Positions 29,161-40,678 are shown, numbered from the stretch's first letter. The stretch is 64,000 nt of DNA from Acidobacteriota bacterium (GCA_039026915.1 JBCCLJ010000008.1:102-64101), one strand, 5' to 3'. Made by a program: numbers and translations. The notes: generated by a model not told the origin, from the letters alone.

Positions 29161-30764
29161 GCAGAGACTCCTGCCTCACTCTTCGCCTCGAGGGTCGACG
29201 GTCCGCCTTCGGGCGGCGTGTACTTGGTACCGAGAGCCGTCAGCATGCGGTTGAGAGCCGAGACGTAGGCCTTGGCGCTCGCCACGATGACGTCGGTGTC
29301 GGCGCCGTAGCCGCCAAAGATCTTCTTGCTGTCTTCCTTGCTGGCGATGCGCACCGTCACCTCGCCAAGGGCGTCGATGCCCTGGGTGACGCTGTGCACG
29401 CTGTACTCCAGCAGGCTCGCCGGCGCTTCGACGACGCCGTTGATTGCTCGGAAGGCGGCGTCGACCGGGCCGGTGCCGGTTGCCGGGGAGACGTAGACCT
29501 GACCGTTGGGGCCTTCGAGGCGGGCGGTCGCCGTGGGCATGCCGGGGCGACCGCAGGCGACCTGCAGATCGGTCAGTTTGAAGAGCTCTTCGGGCGCCAG
29601 GATCTCCTGGTTGGCGATCGCCTGAAGATCGGCGTCGGTGACGTTCTTCTTCTTGTCGGCCAGCGCCTTGAAGCGCTTGAAGGCCTGGCGCAGCTCTTCC
29701 TTGTCGAGATCGAAGCCGAGCTCCTCGAGTCGCACCTTGAGTGCGTGCTTGCCGGAGTGCTTGCCGAGCACCAGCTTGCTCTGAGTGAGGCCGACCGTCT
29801 GCGGCGTCATGATCTCGTACGTGCGCTGGTCCTTGAGCATGCCGTCCTGGTGAATGCCGGCTTCGTGCGCGAAGGCGTTCTCACCGACGATCGCCTTGTT
29901 CCGGGGCACCTGAATACTCGTATAGTTGCTCACCATGCGCGACGTGCGGCACAGCTCGGTCGTCTTGATCTGGGTGCTCGCGCCGTAGATCTGCGGCCGG
30001 GTGTGCAGCGCCATGACGACCTCTTCGAGGCTCGTGTTGCCGGCGCGCTCGCCGATGCCGTTAATCGTCACCTCGACCTGGCCGGCTCCGCCTTCGATGG
30101 CGGCCAGCGTGTTCGCGGTCGCACAGCCCAGATCGTCGTGGCAGTGCGCCGAGAAGATGACGTCCTTGCCGCCGGGCGTGCGCTCGATCAGGTCACGGAT
30201 GAGGTTGCCGTACTCGATCGGCATGGCGTAGCCGACCGTGTCCGGGATGTTGAGCGTCGTTGCGCCCTCCTGGATGGCGACTTCGAGAACCTTGACGAGG
30301 AAGTCGGTGTCCGAACGGCTCGCGTCCTCAGGGCTGAACTCGACGTCTTCGCACAGGCTGCGCGCGTGCGCGACCATGTGGCCGACCTGTGACAGAACCT
30401 GGTCACGCGTCATGCCGAGCTTGCGCTCCATGTGCAGGTCCGACGTCGCCAGAAAGGTGTGGATGCGAGGCTTGGCGGCGTCGCGCACGCCCTGCCAGGC
30501 CTTGTCGATGTCTTCGCGCCAGCAGCGCGCCAGGCCGGTGATGATCGGACCGCTGTCGGTGCCAACCTCCTGGGCGATGCGGCGCACGCCTTCGAGGTCG
30601 TCCGGTGAGGCGGCGGGGAAGCCGGCCTCGATGACGTCGACGCCGAGCACGCCGAGCTGTCTTGCCACCTCGAGCTTTTCAGCGCTGGTCATGCTGGCGC
30701 CGGGCGACTGCTCGCCGTCGCGCAGGGTGGTGTCGAAGATGCGGATGTGACGCGGAGTGCTCAT
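29157..30764 (-). CDS. leuA: 2-isopropylmalate synthase
   Basis: [39 protein letters not shown]-terminal allosteric domain GPVDA; start ATG 30764. Confidence 0.95.
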   Translation of the reverse strand: MSTPRHIRIFDTTLRDGEQSPGASMTSAEKLEVARQLGVLGVDVIEAGFPAASPDDLEGVRRIAQEVGTDSGPIITGLARCWREDIDKAWQGVRDAAKPRIHTFLATSDLHMERKLGMTRDQVLSQVGHMVAHARSLCEDVEFSPEDASRSDTDFLVKVLEVAIQEGATTLNIPDTVGYAMPIEYGNLIRDLIERTPGGKDVIFSAHCHDDLGCATANTLAAIEGGAGQVEVTINGIGERAGNTSLEEVVMALHTRPQIYGASTQIKTTELCRTSRMVSNYTSIQVPRNKAIVGENAFAHEAGIHQDGMLKDQRTYEIMTPQTVGLTQSKLVLGKHSGKHALKVRLEELGFDLDKEELRQAFKRFKALADKKKNVTDADLQAIANQEILAPEELFKLTDLQVACGRPGMPTATARLEGPNGQVYVSPATGTGPVDAAFRAINGVVEAPASLLEYSVHSVTQGIDALGEVTVRIASKEDSKKIFGGYGADTDVIVASAKAYVSALNRMLTALGTKYTPPEGGPSTLEAKSEAGVSA

Positions 30765-30820
30765 GTCGTCTCCAGGGTTTGGGTCGGGAGTGAAGAGTCG
30801 AATGTTGGAAGGGGCGGCCG

Positions 30821-31831
<1,011 letters not shown>

Positions 31832-31895
31832 TCTGATTTCCTGTCTGAAGCGGGTTGGGGGCGTCGGGTAGAAGTAGAGACGTTTCGGGCGTTCG

Positions 31896-32438
31896 TCAGA
31901 GAACGCTGCGCCGGCCGGCGAGCTGTACCTGGGGCCGGTAGCCGTCGTTCTTGAGCGTGTGCTCACCGCGGCCCATGGCGACAGCGCCGGTGCGCACCAT
32001 CTCGATGATGCCGAAGGGGCGAAGGAGCTCGGTGAAGTTATCGATCTTGTCCTCGTCGCCAGTGAGCTCGATGATCATCGACGTTTGCGAAACGTCGAGA
32101 ATGCGCGCGCGGAAAATGTCGCAGAGCTGCGTCACTTCGCGGCGCTGCTCGGCGTCAGCGTTGACCTTGATGACCGCGAGGTCGCGGATGACGGCCGGCT
32201 TCTCGCTGAAGTGCTCGACCTGGATGACGTTGACCAGCTTGTAGAGGTTCGTCTCGAGCCGATCGGCTTCGACCTGCGTGCCTTCCATGACCATCGTCAT
32301 GCGCGACACGTCGTCACGATGCGTGCGGCCGACGGTCAGGCTGTCGATGTTGAAAGAGCGACGCCGGAAGAGGTTGGCGATGCGGGCGAGAACGCCCGGG
32401 CGGTTCTCGACGAGTGCGGCAAGGGTGTGCTTGGCCAT
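31896..32438 (-). CDS. ilvN: Acetolactate synthase small regulatory subunit
   Basis: ACT domain '[28 protein letters not shown]', 'GIIEMVRTG'. Confidence 0.93.
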   Translation of the reverse strand: MAKHTLAALVENRPGVLARIANLFRRRSFNIDSLTVGRTHRDDVSRMTMVMEGTQVEADRLETNLYKLVNVIQVEHFSEKPAVIRDLAVIKVNADAEQRREVTQLCDIFRARILDVSQTSMIIELTGDEDKIDNFTELLRPFGIIEMVRTGAVAMGRGEHTLKNDGYRPQVQLAGRRSVL

Positions 32439-32462
32439 GGTGAGGTTTCCTGAAAGCGTCGC

Positions 32463-34253
32463 TCAGACGCCGCCGTCGGTATTGGAGAGCTTGGGCATCA
32501 CCGTCTCGGGGTCCTCACCGGGTGCCGGTCGGCGCAGCATGGCATCGAGGTCGGCGCCGGCCGGGACCATCGGGTAGACGATCTCCTCCTGCTCGACCGC
32601 GAACTCGATGAGCACGGGTCCGCGCTCGGTGGAGTCGGCGAGGGCGATCGCTTCGGGTATCTGATCGCGGTGAGTGACGAGGCGGCTGGGCATGCCGTAG
32701 GCCTCGGCGATCTTGCAGAAGTCCGGGTTGACCATCGGCGTCGCGTGGTAGCGCTCCTCGTAGAAGAACTCCTGCCACTGGCGCACCATGCCGAGATAGC
32801 CGTTGTTGACGACGGCGATCTTGACGTTGACACCTTCCTGGACCGCCGTCGCGAGCTCCATCATCGTCATCTGGAAGCCGCCGTCGCCGGCGATGGCCCA
32901 GACGTTCTTGTCGGGGCAGCCCATCTTGGCTCCGATGGCCGCAGGCAGGCCGAAGCCCATGGTGCCGAGGCCGCCCGACGTGATCAGTGAGTGCGGATCC
33001 TGGTGCGGGTAGTACTGCGCCTCGAACATCTGGTGCTGACCGACGTCCGTGACGGTGACGGCGTTGCCACCGGTGAGCTCGCGCAGGTCGTAGATGACCT
33101 GCGCGGCCAGCAGCTTGTCCGGATCGACGGGGGTCGCGCCGCGGGCCTCGCCGTGCGGTCCGATGATGTCGCGGCGCTCGCTGTCCGCACGCCATTCGTC
33201 GATCGACTCGAGCCAGCTCGGATCTTCGTTGCGCTCGACCTCTGGGAGCATCTGGCCGAGGACGGACTTGAGGTCGCCGGCAATGCCGACGTCGACCGGA
33301 ACGTTCTTGTTGATCTCGGAAGGATCGATGTCGACGTGCACCTTGCGCGCGTTGCGTGCATAGGTCTTGAGGTTGCCGGTGACGCGGTCGTCAAAGCGCA
33401 TGCCGAAGGCGAGCAGGAGATCGGCCTTCTGAATGGCGCGGTTGACCTCGGCGCCGCCGTGCATGCCCATCATGCCCAAGCAGAGTGGGTGCGACTCGGG
33501 CAGGCCGCCCTTGCCGAGCAGCGTGAGCGCGACGGGAATGCGCGCCTTCTCGGCGAAGGCCTGCAACTCTTCCATGGCTCCGCTCATCTGCACGCCGTGG
33601 CCGGCGAGGATGATCGGCCGCTCCGAGCGGCGAATCAGCTCGAGCGCTTCGGCGACCTGCCGCTCGGGAGCGACGGACTCGTTGCGATAGCCCGGGAGGA
33701 CGATCTCTGAGTCGTCGCGCTCGTAGGTCGTGACCGCGTTCTGTACATCCTTCGGGATGTCGACGAGCACGGGTCCTGGCCGGCCGGTGCGGGCGATGTG
33801 AAAGGCCTCGCGCATGCAGTGGGCGAGCTCTTCGACTTCGGTCACCAGGTAGTTGTGCTTGGTGATCGGCAGGGTGATGCCGGAGATGTCCGTCTCCTGA
33901 AAGGCGTCGCTGCCGATCGCCCCGGTGGGGACCTGGCCGGTGATGGCGACCATCGGCGAGGAGTCCATCATCGCCGTCGCGAGGCCTGTGACGAGGTTCG
34001 TCGCGCCCGGGCCGCTCGTCGCCATGGCGACGCCGACCTTGCCGGTGGCGCGAGCGAAGCCGTCGGCCATGTGCGAGGCACCCTGCTCGTGCCGCGTCAG
34101 CACGTGGTGCAGGTCCGGGTACTTCGTCAGCGCGTCGTAGGTGGGCAGGATCGCACCGCCCGGATAGCCGAAGATCAGGTTGGCCTGCTCTTGACGCAGG
34201 ACTTCGCAGACGATTTCCGCGCCGGTGAGCTCTTTCTTCTCGTGGTCACTCAT
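32463..34253 (-). CDS. ilvB: Acetolactate synthase large subunit
   Basis: FGYPGGAILP, RHEQGA, TSGPGATN, DAFQE, GRPGPV, RFDDRVTG, DVGQHQM, GDGGFQM, LGMVRQWQ. Confidence 0.96.
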   Translation of the reverse strand: MSDHEKKELTGAEIVCEVLRQEQANLIFGYPGGAILPTYDALTKYPDLHHVLTRHEQGASHMADGFARATGKVGVAMATSGPGATNLVTGLATAMMDSSPMVAITGQVPTGAIGSDAFQETDISGITLPITKHNYLVTEVEELAHCMREAFHIARTGRPGPVLVDIPKDVQNAVTTYERDDSEIVLPGYRNESVAPERQVAEALELIRRSERPIILAGHGVQMSGAMEELQAFAEKARIPVALTLLGKGGLPESHPLCLGMMGMHGGAEVNRAIQKADLLLAFGMRFDDRVTGNLKTYARNARKVHVDIDPSEINKNVPVDVGIAGDLKSVLGQMLPEVERNEDPSWLESIDEWRADSERRDIIGPHGEARGATPVDPDKLLAAQVIYDLRELTGGNAVTVTDVGQHQMFEAQYYPHQDPHSLITSGGLGTMGFGLPAAIGAKMGCPDKNVWAIAGDGGFQMTMMELATAVQEGVNVKIAVVNNGYLGMVRQWQEFFYEERYHATPMVNPDFCKIAEAYGMPSRLVTHRDQIPEAIALADSTERGPVLIEFAVEQEEIVYPMVPAGADLDAMLRRPAPGEDPETVMPKLSNTDGGV

Positions 34254-34264
34254 GATGCTCTGCC

Positions 34265-35215
34265 TCAGGTGGCGGCCGCAGGTGCGGGCTTCGGGACCGG
34301 CGTGAGCCAGCCGTGAGTATCTTCGGCGCGCCCTTCGACGGTGTCGAAGAAGCGAGTCTGCAGGGCTTCGGTGATCGGGCCGCGCGAGCCGGCGCCGACT
34401 GCGATGCGGTCGACGCTGCGCACCGGACTGACCTCGGCGGCGGTGCCGGTCATGAACATCTCGTCGCAGACGTAGAGCATGTCGCGGCTGATCGGCTGAA
34501 GGCTGACCGGGACGTCGAGGTCGCGCGCGATCTGCAGCACGCTGTCGCGCGTGATGCCACCGAGGATCGACGAGGCGAGGTGGTTCGTGATCAGCGTGCC
34601 GTCGAGCACGATGAAGATGTTCTCGCCGGCGCCTTCGCAGACCATGCCGTCCTGGTCGAGCATGATGCCCTCGGCGAAGCCGTTCTCACGCGCTTCGATC
34701 GAAACGAAGGAGTTGGTGACGTACTGGCCGCCGATCTTGCCGAGCGGAGAGGCGGTCGACGGTGAGAAACGACGCCACGAGCTGATGGCGACGTCGACGC
34801 CCTGCTCGATTGCTTCGGCGCCCAGATACCGGCCCCACTCGACTGCGAAGAGGGCGAACTCGACCGGCGAGTCCATCGGGTTGAGACCGAGAGCGCCCGC
34901 GCCGCGGTAGAAGAAGGGCCGGATGTAGCAGGAGTCGAGGCCGTTGCGGGTGACCGCTTCGATGCACAGCTGTTCGAGCTCGTCCGTGCTGTAGTCGAGC
35001 GGCGTCATGCGCAGGATGCGCGCGCTGTCGACGAGGCGCTCGACGTGCTCGCGCAGGCGGAAAACGGAAGTGCCGTGGGGTGTCTCGTAGGCGCGAATGC
35101 CCTCGAAGGCGCAGGAGCCGTAGTGCAGCCCGTGAGCCGCTACGTGCACGGTCGCGCTGTCCCAGGGCTTCCATTCGCCGTTGAGAAAGATGGTTTCGGA
35201 CCGTTGAATCGACAT
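34265..35215 (-). CDS. ilvE: Branched-chain amino acid aminotransferase
   Basis: LHYGSCAFEGIRAY, YIRP, PLP lysine KIGGQY, EGAGENIF, ILGGITR, GTAAEV. Confidence 0.93.
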   Translation of the reverse strand: MSIQRSETIFLNGEWKPWDSATVHVAAHGLHYGSCAFEGIRAYETPHGTSVFRLREHVERLVDSARILRMTPLDYSTDELEQLCIEAVTRNGLDSCYIRPFFYRGAGALGLNPMDSPVEFALFAVEWGRYLGAEAIEQGVDVAISSWRRFSPSTASPLGKIGGQYVTNSFVSIEARENGFAEGIMLDQDGMVCEGAGENIFIVLDGTLITNHLASSILGGITRDSVLQIARDLDVPVSLQPISRDMLYVCDEMFMTGTAAEVSPVRSVDRIAVGAGSRGPITEALQTRFFDTVEGRAEDTHGWLTPVPKPAPAAAT

Positions 35216-35290
35216 CGTTGTGGCTCCTGCGCGGGAGAGAGTGGGTCAGTGGCGAGAGTGCTTCGTGCTCGTGGGTTCTGTGCCCAGAAT

Positions 35291-35324
35291 CACGAAAGCC
35301 CCCAGGAAGACCTTCCTGGGGGCT
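35291..35324 (-). terminator. Attenuator terminator of the ilv-leu operon leader
   Basis: Minus strand AGCCCCCAGGAAG-GT-CTTCCTGGGGGCT followed by TTCGTGATT; 31 nt after the leader stop codon. Confidence 0.85.
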
Positions 35325-35355
35325 CGGTAGCACTCTCGTCGTGGTGTTCGCTCGG

Positions 35356-35526
35356 CTACGTCGCCCCAAGGGCAGGGATGTTGCTAATAAGCCCAAGAAG
35401 GACGAGGACGAGAAGTACGACAGAAAAGACCGGAGCCACGAGGGCATCGGCAGAAGCGGCCACAGCCTTAGCGACCGGTCGGTAGGGCCGGCGATTCGAA
35501 GGGCGATTGTGGTCGTTGGACTGCAT
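35356..35526 (-). CDS. ilv-leu operon leader (attenuator) peptide, 56 aa
   Basis: MQSNDH...LVAPVFSVVLLVLVLLGLISNIPALGAT*; V/L/I run uses AT-ending codons (GTA, CTT x5, ATT); followed by antiterminator/terminator. Confidence 0.8.
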   Translation of the reverse strand: MQSNDHNRPSNRRPYRPVAKAVAASADALVAPVFSVVLLVLVLLGLISNIPALGAT

Positions 35527-35546
35527 GGTCTTTTCCAAGGCCTGCG

Positions 35547-35575
35547 ACGCTAGCGAGCCGATTTGGCGAAGTCAA
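35547..35575 (-). promoter_or_regulatory. sigma70-type promoter of the ilv-leu leader
   Basis: TTGACT (35575-35570) - 17 nt - TAGCGT (35552-35547). Confidence 0.6.
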
Positions 35576-35751
35576 GCCGGATCAGGGACTTCGGTTGCTT
35601 CAGCCGGTTCGAAGCGAAGAAGGAACTTTGCCTCGAGTCACGCCCCAAGAGCGAAAAGCCCTGCTACCATACGACGCCTCTCAAGCACGAGTCTGTCCCG
35701 CGGCAGGCGCCCCTTTAAGGTCGCGATCCAGCGACATCAAGCGTTCCCCAT

Positions 35752-38676
35752 TTGAAGAATCCCTTCTCCAATCTCGAGTTTCACCGCAGTGGGATCGGGC
35801 TCCTTTCGGATCCGCACGAGCCGGACCCTGGCTCAGCCGTTCACCTCGAGAAGGTGGCCGGTTCACAGAGACCTCTGACGTTCTGTAGCTGCTCCGCAGG
35901 CAGGCGCGGACGCTGTCCCTGTCTGAAGGAGCTCGAGACTCAGATCAAAGAGTTTCGCGAGGTCTACGGCAAGCGCACCTGGGGCGAGATCTTCGGTGCG
36001 AGTCGTTGGCACCAGCTCGCGCAGCTTCTGGCCGACAGTCACTCTGTTCCCTACGCCGATCTTCGGGTGACCCAGGGCGAAGAGGGACTTCTACGTCTGT
36101 TCGCCGAGGAGCTCGAGGTTCTTCGCTACCTCGATCAGTCACCTTCGACGATCCGTTTCCTGGAGCGCATCGGCAAGGCGCCGGAGAACGCCTCGCTGCT
36201 GGATCGAGCGGCACTCATCGACCGGCTCAGCACGTTTCTTCGGAGTCCCGAAGAGCAGCATCTCAACAAGGCAGGAATGCAGACGAACCGGCAGTCCTTC
36301 GAGCAGAGTCTGCTCTGCCGTCTGGCCTATCACTGCTTCCGCGAGTTCGGCGACGAGGGGGAGTTCGGCCTGCAGATCGATCTGCGCAGCGGTGAGCCCT
36401 ACCTTACCTTCTCGGCACCGGACCCTGCAGGCGAGATCGCTCTCGTGCTGCAACTGCAGGTGTCGCGCGAGAAGCTCGCCGAGCTCACCGAGTTTCTGGC
36501 AGGCGAGGGGGTTCGGGTCCCGAAGGCGCTTCCAGCGCAGAAGATCGAGGAGACGGGGCCTTCGACCGAGATCGTCGGTGCCGACCGCTACGGCGTCGAC
36601 CTGCTGGCGGCCAAGGGTGTCGAAGCGCTCACCGAAGACGAGGAGTACGCGGCCTTCCGCTACGGCGAGCTCGTGCTCGAGCCCCGTCTCGGCACCCTGA
36701 TCGGACCCGCGACGGCGGAGCCGGGCTATGACGAGCTCGATCTCCTCGATCTGACGCCTTCGATCGTCGACACGTTCGAGAGCGAGGCGCCGATTCTCGA
36801 CGGCTCCGCAGATCTCGTGCTCGACAATCCGATGAGCGATCTCGGCATCTACACCGAGTTCGACTACATCGAGCTCACGCCGGAGGACGACGAGTACGAC
36901 GATGACGTGGCCGGCGAGTCGGTCACGGTACGGTACGGCTTCGGCGACGAAGAGGTCGAACTGTCGGATCTGCTGCGCGCCAAGAAGTCGGGCCAGCCCT
37001 ACTACCAGACCGACTCGGGCTGGATCGATCTCAACTCGCCGGCGCTCCGCAGCCTGGGGCGTTTGCTCAAGCGCGATGAACTCGCCGAGGCCCTCAAAGT
37101 GCCCGGCGGTCAAGCGGTGCGACTGTCCCCTGCGGAACTTCTCCGCCTGCGCGCGTCGAGTGCCAAGCCCATCCGCGTCGAGGGCCCGAGCGACCGCTCG
37201 GCCTTCCTGCAGCGTTTCCTCGATCTACGCCCGGCGGAGCCGCTCGTTCTCCCGACGGGGCTCAAGAGCAACCTGCGTCCCTACCAGAAGCTTGGACTCG
37301 AGTGGCTCAAGTTCCTCTTCGAGAACGGGCTGGCCGGCCTGCTCTGCGACGACATGGGCTTGGGCAAGACGCATCAGGCGATGGCGCTCATGGTCCTCGT
37401 GCGCGAGCAGTTCGGCGTCAAGGAGCCGATGCTCGTCGTCGCGCCGCGCACGGTGATCAGTCACTGGCGCAACAAGCTGCGCGAGCACGCGCCGGATCTC
37501 GAGGCCGTGCAGTACCACGGGCCGCAGCGCAACCTCGAGCGGGCGCTGGCGGACGGCGACACGATCCTCACGTCGTACGGGGTGCTGCGCAACGACACCA
37601 AGCGCTTCTCGGAGCTCAAGTGGGGGCTGGCGATCTTCGACGAGGTGCAACAGATCAAGAACCGGAACACGCAGGGCTACCAGGCGGCGGCGGCGCTCGA
37701 CGCGCGCATGAAGCTCGGCCTCACCGGTACGCCGATCGAGAACGCGTTGACCGAGCTCAAGAGCCTCTTCGATCTGATCCTGCCGGGCTACCTCGGCTCT
37801 GAGGAAGACTTCCGTGACCGCTACGGCTCGAACCTCGAGGCCGACGCGGAGTCTTGGCACTTTTCGGGCCTGCGCCGTCTGACCGCGCCGTTCGTGCTGC
37901 GCCGGATCAAGACGGCGGTGCTCGACGAGCTGCCCGAGAAGATCGAGGACGTGCGCACGTGCTCGCTGAGCCCCGAGCAGACCGACCTCTACCGCCAGGC
38001 GATCGCCACCCGCGGCGTCGCGCTGATGAAGAAGCTGAAGACGGAAGGCGAGGCGCTGCCCTACATCCACATCTTCGCGCTGCTGAACATGCTCAAGCAG
38101 ATCTGCGACCACCCGGCCCTGGTGCTGGGCGCGCCCGAGGCCTACGAACGGCACGATTCCGGCAAATGGGACCTCTATGAGGAGCTGCTCGAAGAGAGCC
38201 TCGACTCGGGGCAGAAGGTCGTCGTCTTCAGCCAGTACCTCGGCATGATCGACATCATGGAGCGCCACCTCGGGCGGCTCGGCGTACCGAGCGTCACGCT
38301 CACCGGTGCCAGTCGCAACCGGGGTGATCTGGTCGATCGCTTCAACAACGACCCCGACTGCCGCGTCTTCCTCGGCAGCCTGAAGGCGGGCGGTACCGGC
38401 ATCGACCTCGTCGGCGGCTCGGTCGTCATCCACTACGACCGCTGGTGGAACGCGGCGCGCGAGGATCAGGCGACGGACCGTCTGTACCGCATTGGTCAGA
38501 AGCGGGCGGTTCAGGTCTTCAAGCTGGTCACCGAAGACACGCTCGAGGAGCGCATCGCGGCGATCATCGATTCGAAGCGTCGTCTGATGAGCAGCATCGT
38601 TCAGGAGGACGATCCGAAGCTCAACAAGATCTTCTCGCGCGAAGAGCTGATCGATCTACTCAAGGAGCCGGGCTGA
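35752..38676 (+). CDS. SNF2/SWI2-family ATPase with N-terminal SWIM-like zinc motif
   Basis: 'LRPYQ..G..WL', LCDDMGLGKT, DEVQQIKN, LTGTPIEN, LRRIK, QICDHP, SGK, VFSQY, SLKAGGTG, DRWWN..EDQATDR.YRIGQ; N-terminal CSC-x7-CPC. Confidence 0.92.
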   Translation: MKNPFSNLEFHRSGIGLLSDPHEPDPGSAVHLEKVAGSQRPLTFCSCSAGRRGRCPCLKELETQIKEFREVYGKRTWGEIFGASRWHQLAQLLADSHSVPYADLRVTQGEEGLLRLFAEELEVLRYLDQSPSTIRFLERIGKAPENASLLDRAALIDRLSTFLRSPEEQHLNKAGMQTNRQSFEQSLLCRLAYHCFREFGDEGEFGLQIDLRSGEPYLTFSAPDPAGEIALVLQLQVSREKLAELTEFLAGEGVRVPKALPAQKIEETGPSTEIVGADRYGVDLLAAKGVEALTEDEEYAAFRYGELVLEPRLGTLIGPATAEPGYDELDLLDLTPSIVDTFESEAPILDGSADLVLDNPMSDLGIYTEFDYIELTPEDDEYDDDVAGESVTVRYGFGDEEVELSDLLRAKKSGQPYYQTDSGWIDLNSPALRSLGRLLKRDELAEALKVPGGQAVRLSPAELLRLRASSAKPIRVEGPSDRSAFLQRFLDLRPAEPLVLPTGLKSNLRPYQKLGLEWLKFLFENGLAGLLCDDMGLGKTHQAMALMVLVREQFGVKEPMLVVAPRTVISHWRNKLREHAPDLEAVQYHGPQRNLERALADGDTILTSYGVLRNDTKRFSELKWGLAIFDEVQQIKNRNTQGYQAAAALDARMKLGLTGTPIENALTELKSLFDLILPGYLGSEEDFRDRYGSNLEADAESWHFSGLRRLTAPFVLRRIKTAVLDELPEKIEDVRTCSLSPEQTDLYRQAIATRGVALMKKLKTEGEALPYIHIFALLNMLKQICDHPALVLGAPEAYERHDSGKWDLYEELLEESLDSGQKVVVFSQYLGMIDIMERHLGRLGVPSVTLTGASRNRGDLVDRFNNDPDCRVFLGSLKAGGTGIDLVGGSVVIHYDRWWNAAREDQATDRLYRIGQKRAVQVFKLVTEDTLEERIAAIIDSKRRLMSSIVQEDDPKLNKIFSREELIDLLKEPG

Positions 38677-38696
38677 GCCCGCCAGCGGGGGGAGCG

Positions 38697-39140
38697 ATGA
38701 GTGACGTCACCGGAACTGGCGAAGTCATCGTCTGGCGTCTCCACTGCGCGTCGCCCCCCGAGCGCGTCTACGAAGCGCTGACCACCGACGCAGGGCGGTC
38801 GCAGTTCTGGGCCGAGTCGACCCGGCGCGAGGGCGACGAGCTCTGGTTCACCTTCATTCACGGCGAGGTCGGACCGTGCCCGGTCGTCGAAGAGACGTCA
38901 CCGTCGCGCTTTGCTCTCGTCTACTTCGGCCACGACGTGAGCTTCACTCTCGAGCCCGACGGCTCCGGTGGGACCGACCTCGAACTCCGTACCTCGGGTT
39001 TCACGGAGGAAGATCGCGACGACGTGCTCGCGGGCTGGCTCAACGTGCTCTTTCCCCTGAAGGGCTACGTCGACTTCGGCATCGACCTGCGCAACCACGA
39101 CCCCGAGCGCAGTTGGAAGCAGAAGTATGTCGACCAGTAG
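38697..39140 (+). CDS. SRPBCC / AHSA1-like (START superfamily) protein
   Basis: 'SPPERVYEALTT....QFW', 'VSFTLEPDGSGGTDLEL', 'AGWLNVL..LK'; GGAG RBS before ATG 38697. Confidence 0.8.
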   Translation: MSDVTGTGEVIVWRLHCASPPERVYEALTTDAGRSQFWAESTRREGDELWFTFIHGEVGPCPVVEETSPSRFALVYFGHDVSFTLEPDGSGGTDLELRTSGFTEEDRDDVLAGWLNVLFPLKGYVDFGIDLRNHDPERSWKQKYVDQ

Positions 39141-39156
39141 GCCGCAGAAGGGGAGC

Positions 39157-39669
39157 TCAGTCGGAGTCCGCAGGAAGCTGTGCCCAGCGCGCCAAGTCGA
39201 CCTCGATCAGCTCGATCGCGGTTCCGTCGGGGTCGAGGCAGACGGCGACGCGGGCGAGACGCTGCGGGTCGCTCTGCGGTTCGCTGAGGAGCTCGACTCC
39301 AGCGGCGCGCAGACGGGCGACGTCGGCGTCGAGGTCGCGCGAGCCGAGGCAGAGACGCACGAGGCCCGTGTCCTGGCTGGTGAGCGGTTGCCGCTCACCG
39401 GGCGGGTCGAGCTCGATCAGGTCGAGCTTCGGCAGGCCATCGTCAAGCTGGAGGATGCAGGCCTTCCCTCGCGTCTCTGCGGACACTCCCAGAGCTCGCG
39501 TCATCGAAGCAGGTAAGGGGCGGAGCTCCTGGCGCACGAGGCCGAGATAAGGGATTCCGGAGCGGAAGATCTCGAAGCCGAGCGTTTCGTAGAAGGAGAT
39601 CGAGCGTTCGAGATCGCTCACGTTGACGTTGAGGTGACCCCAGATCAGGGGCGGTGTCTCGATGGGCAT
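39157..39669 (-). CDS. VOC / glyoxalase family protein
   Basis: 'HLNVNVSDLERSISFYETLGF' and 'CLDPDGTAIELIE'. Confidence 0.85.
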   Translation of the reverse strand: MPIETPPLIWGHLNVNVSDLERSISFYETLGFEIFRSGIPYLGLVRQELRPLPASMTRALGVSAETRGKACILQLDDGLPKLDLIELDPPGERQPLTSQDTGLVRLCLGSRDLDADVARLRAAGVELLSEPQSDPQRLARVAVCLDPDGTAIELIEVDLARWAQLPADSD

Positions 39670-39805
39670 GGGGGAGTGCCTCCGACGGCTGAGGGACGGG
39701 ATGGTTTCTACCGACATCTTCTCCTGTTCGCGGGGCGCCGTGGTTCCTCGAGCCGAGTCGTCCCGGCCTTCCGCGGTAGGGTCGCGGCCGAAGGTGGGAT
39801 TCACA

Positions 39806-40678
39806 ATGAGCGACTCGTTTTCTTTCGAGAACACGCACCTGCGTTTGATCCGGCGCTTGGCCGTCACCTGGGACACCGCGGAGGTCGGCGCGCCGGTGAT
39901 CGAGCCTGCGGCTCCCTACGGCTCGGACGAACCGCTCCGCGATCTGGCCGCCCTCGTGCTGGACGTCGAGATCGAGCCTGGCGACGACGCGCTCGCGCAT
40001 CTCAGCGAAGAGCAGATCGAGGCCTGTTGGCAGGCCCATGCACAGCTCGAGCACGCGCTGCCGGTCTTTGTGGCGGCCGCCGAGCTGCCGCCAGGCATCT
40101 ACTCCGTGACCGACCGCGCAGCGCATCTGGACTCGACCGGCCAGCTCTCGATGGGCACGGTCGATGCGCTGGCGAGCGAGGACGAAGACGACGACAAGCC
40201 GATCTCGTCGAATCGCCTCTTCGGCACGTTCCAGCTCTTTCGCATGCTCTGGCGGGCCCGAAGAGAGGCGATCGATGCCGCACTGTCCGGTCCGCCGCAG
40301 CGTGCCTTCAGTTTCGGCGAGCAGCATCGCGTACTGCTGCGTGAGCTCGACTGGCGCTGGCAGGAGAACAGCGACACACCAACGGTGCTCGTTCCCGGGA
40401 AGGCGGGGGACTACCTGCGCGAGAGGCTCGAAGAAGAGACGCTCTTTCCGGCCCCGGCCTGTGACGCCAAGCGGCCCTACGGAACCTCGAACGTCGAAGG
40501 AGACGTCCGACGGTTACTCGAGGAGGCCGGTCTCGGCGCTCCGGCCGAGGACGAAGTCTACCCCCTGCACGCCGAGACGCAGGCCGCGTTTCAGTGCCTC
40601 TTCGAGCACGGCATGATGGAGCCTGGCCGCTACGAGCGGCAGGACGACGGATGGACCTGGCAGCGGTCCGACGGATGA
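39806..40678 (+). CDS. Hypothetical protein built from two homologous domains
   Basis: GC3-biased coding-like frame; repeated F.F...H..L.R.L...W / PYG / H..L / PG.Y pattern in both halves. Confidence 0.7.
   Translation: MSDSFSFENTHLRLIRRLAVTWDTAEVGAPVIEPAAPYGSDEPLRDLAALVLDVEIEPGDDALAHLSEEQIEACWQAHAQLEHALPVFVAAAELPPGIYSVTDRAAHLDSTGQLSMGTVDALASEDEDDDKPISSNRLFGTFQLFRMLWRARREAIDAALSGPPQRAFSFGEQHRVLLRELDWRWQENSDTPTVLVPGKAGDYLRERLEEETLFPAPACDAKRPYGTSNVEGDVRRLLEEAGLGAPAEDEVYPLHAETQAAFQCLFEHGMMEPGRYERQDDGWTWQRSDG

Noticed and set aside
35356-35538. Stand-alone small membrane protein
   Set aside because: The hydrophobic run is better explained as Leu/Val/Ile control codons, given its position, codon choice and the adjacent terminator/antiterminator
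35752-38676. SNF2 helicase as part of an anti-phage defence island
   Set aside because: No neighbouring methylase, nuclease or other defence-type genes; SWIM-SNF2 proteins are common stand-alone genes
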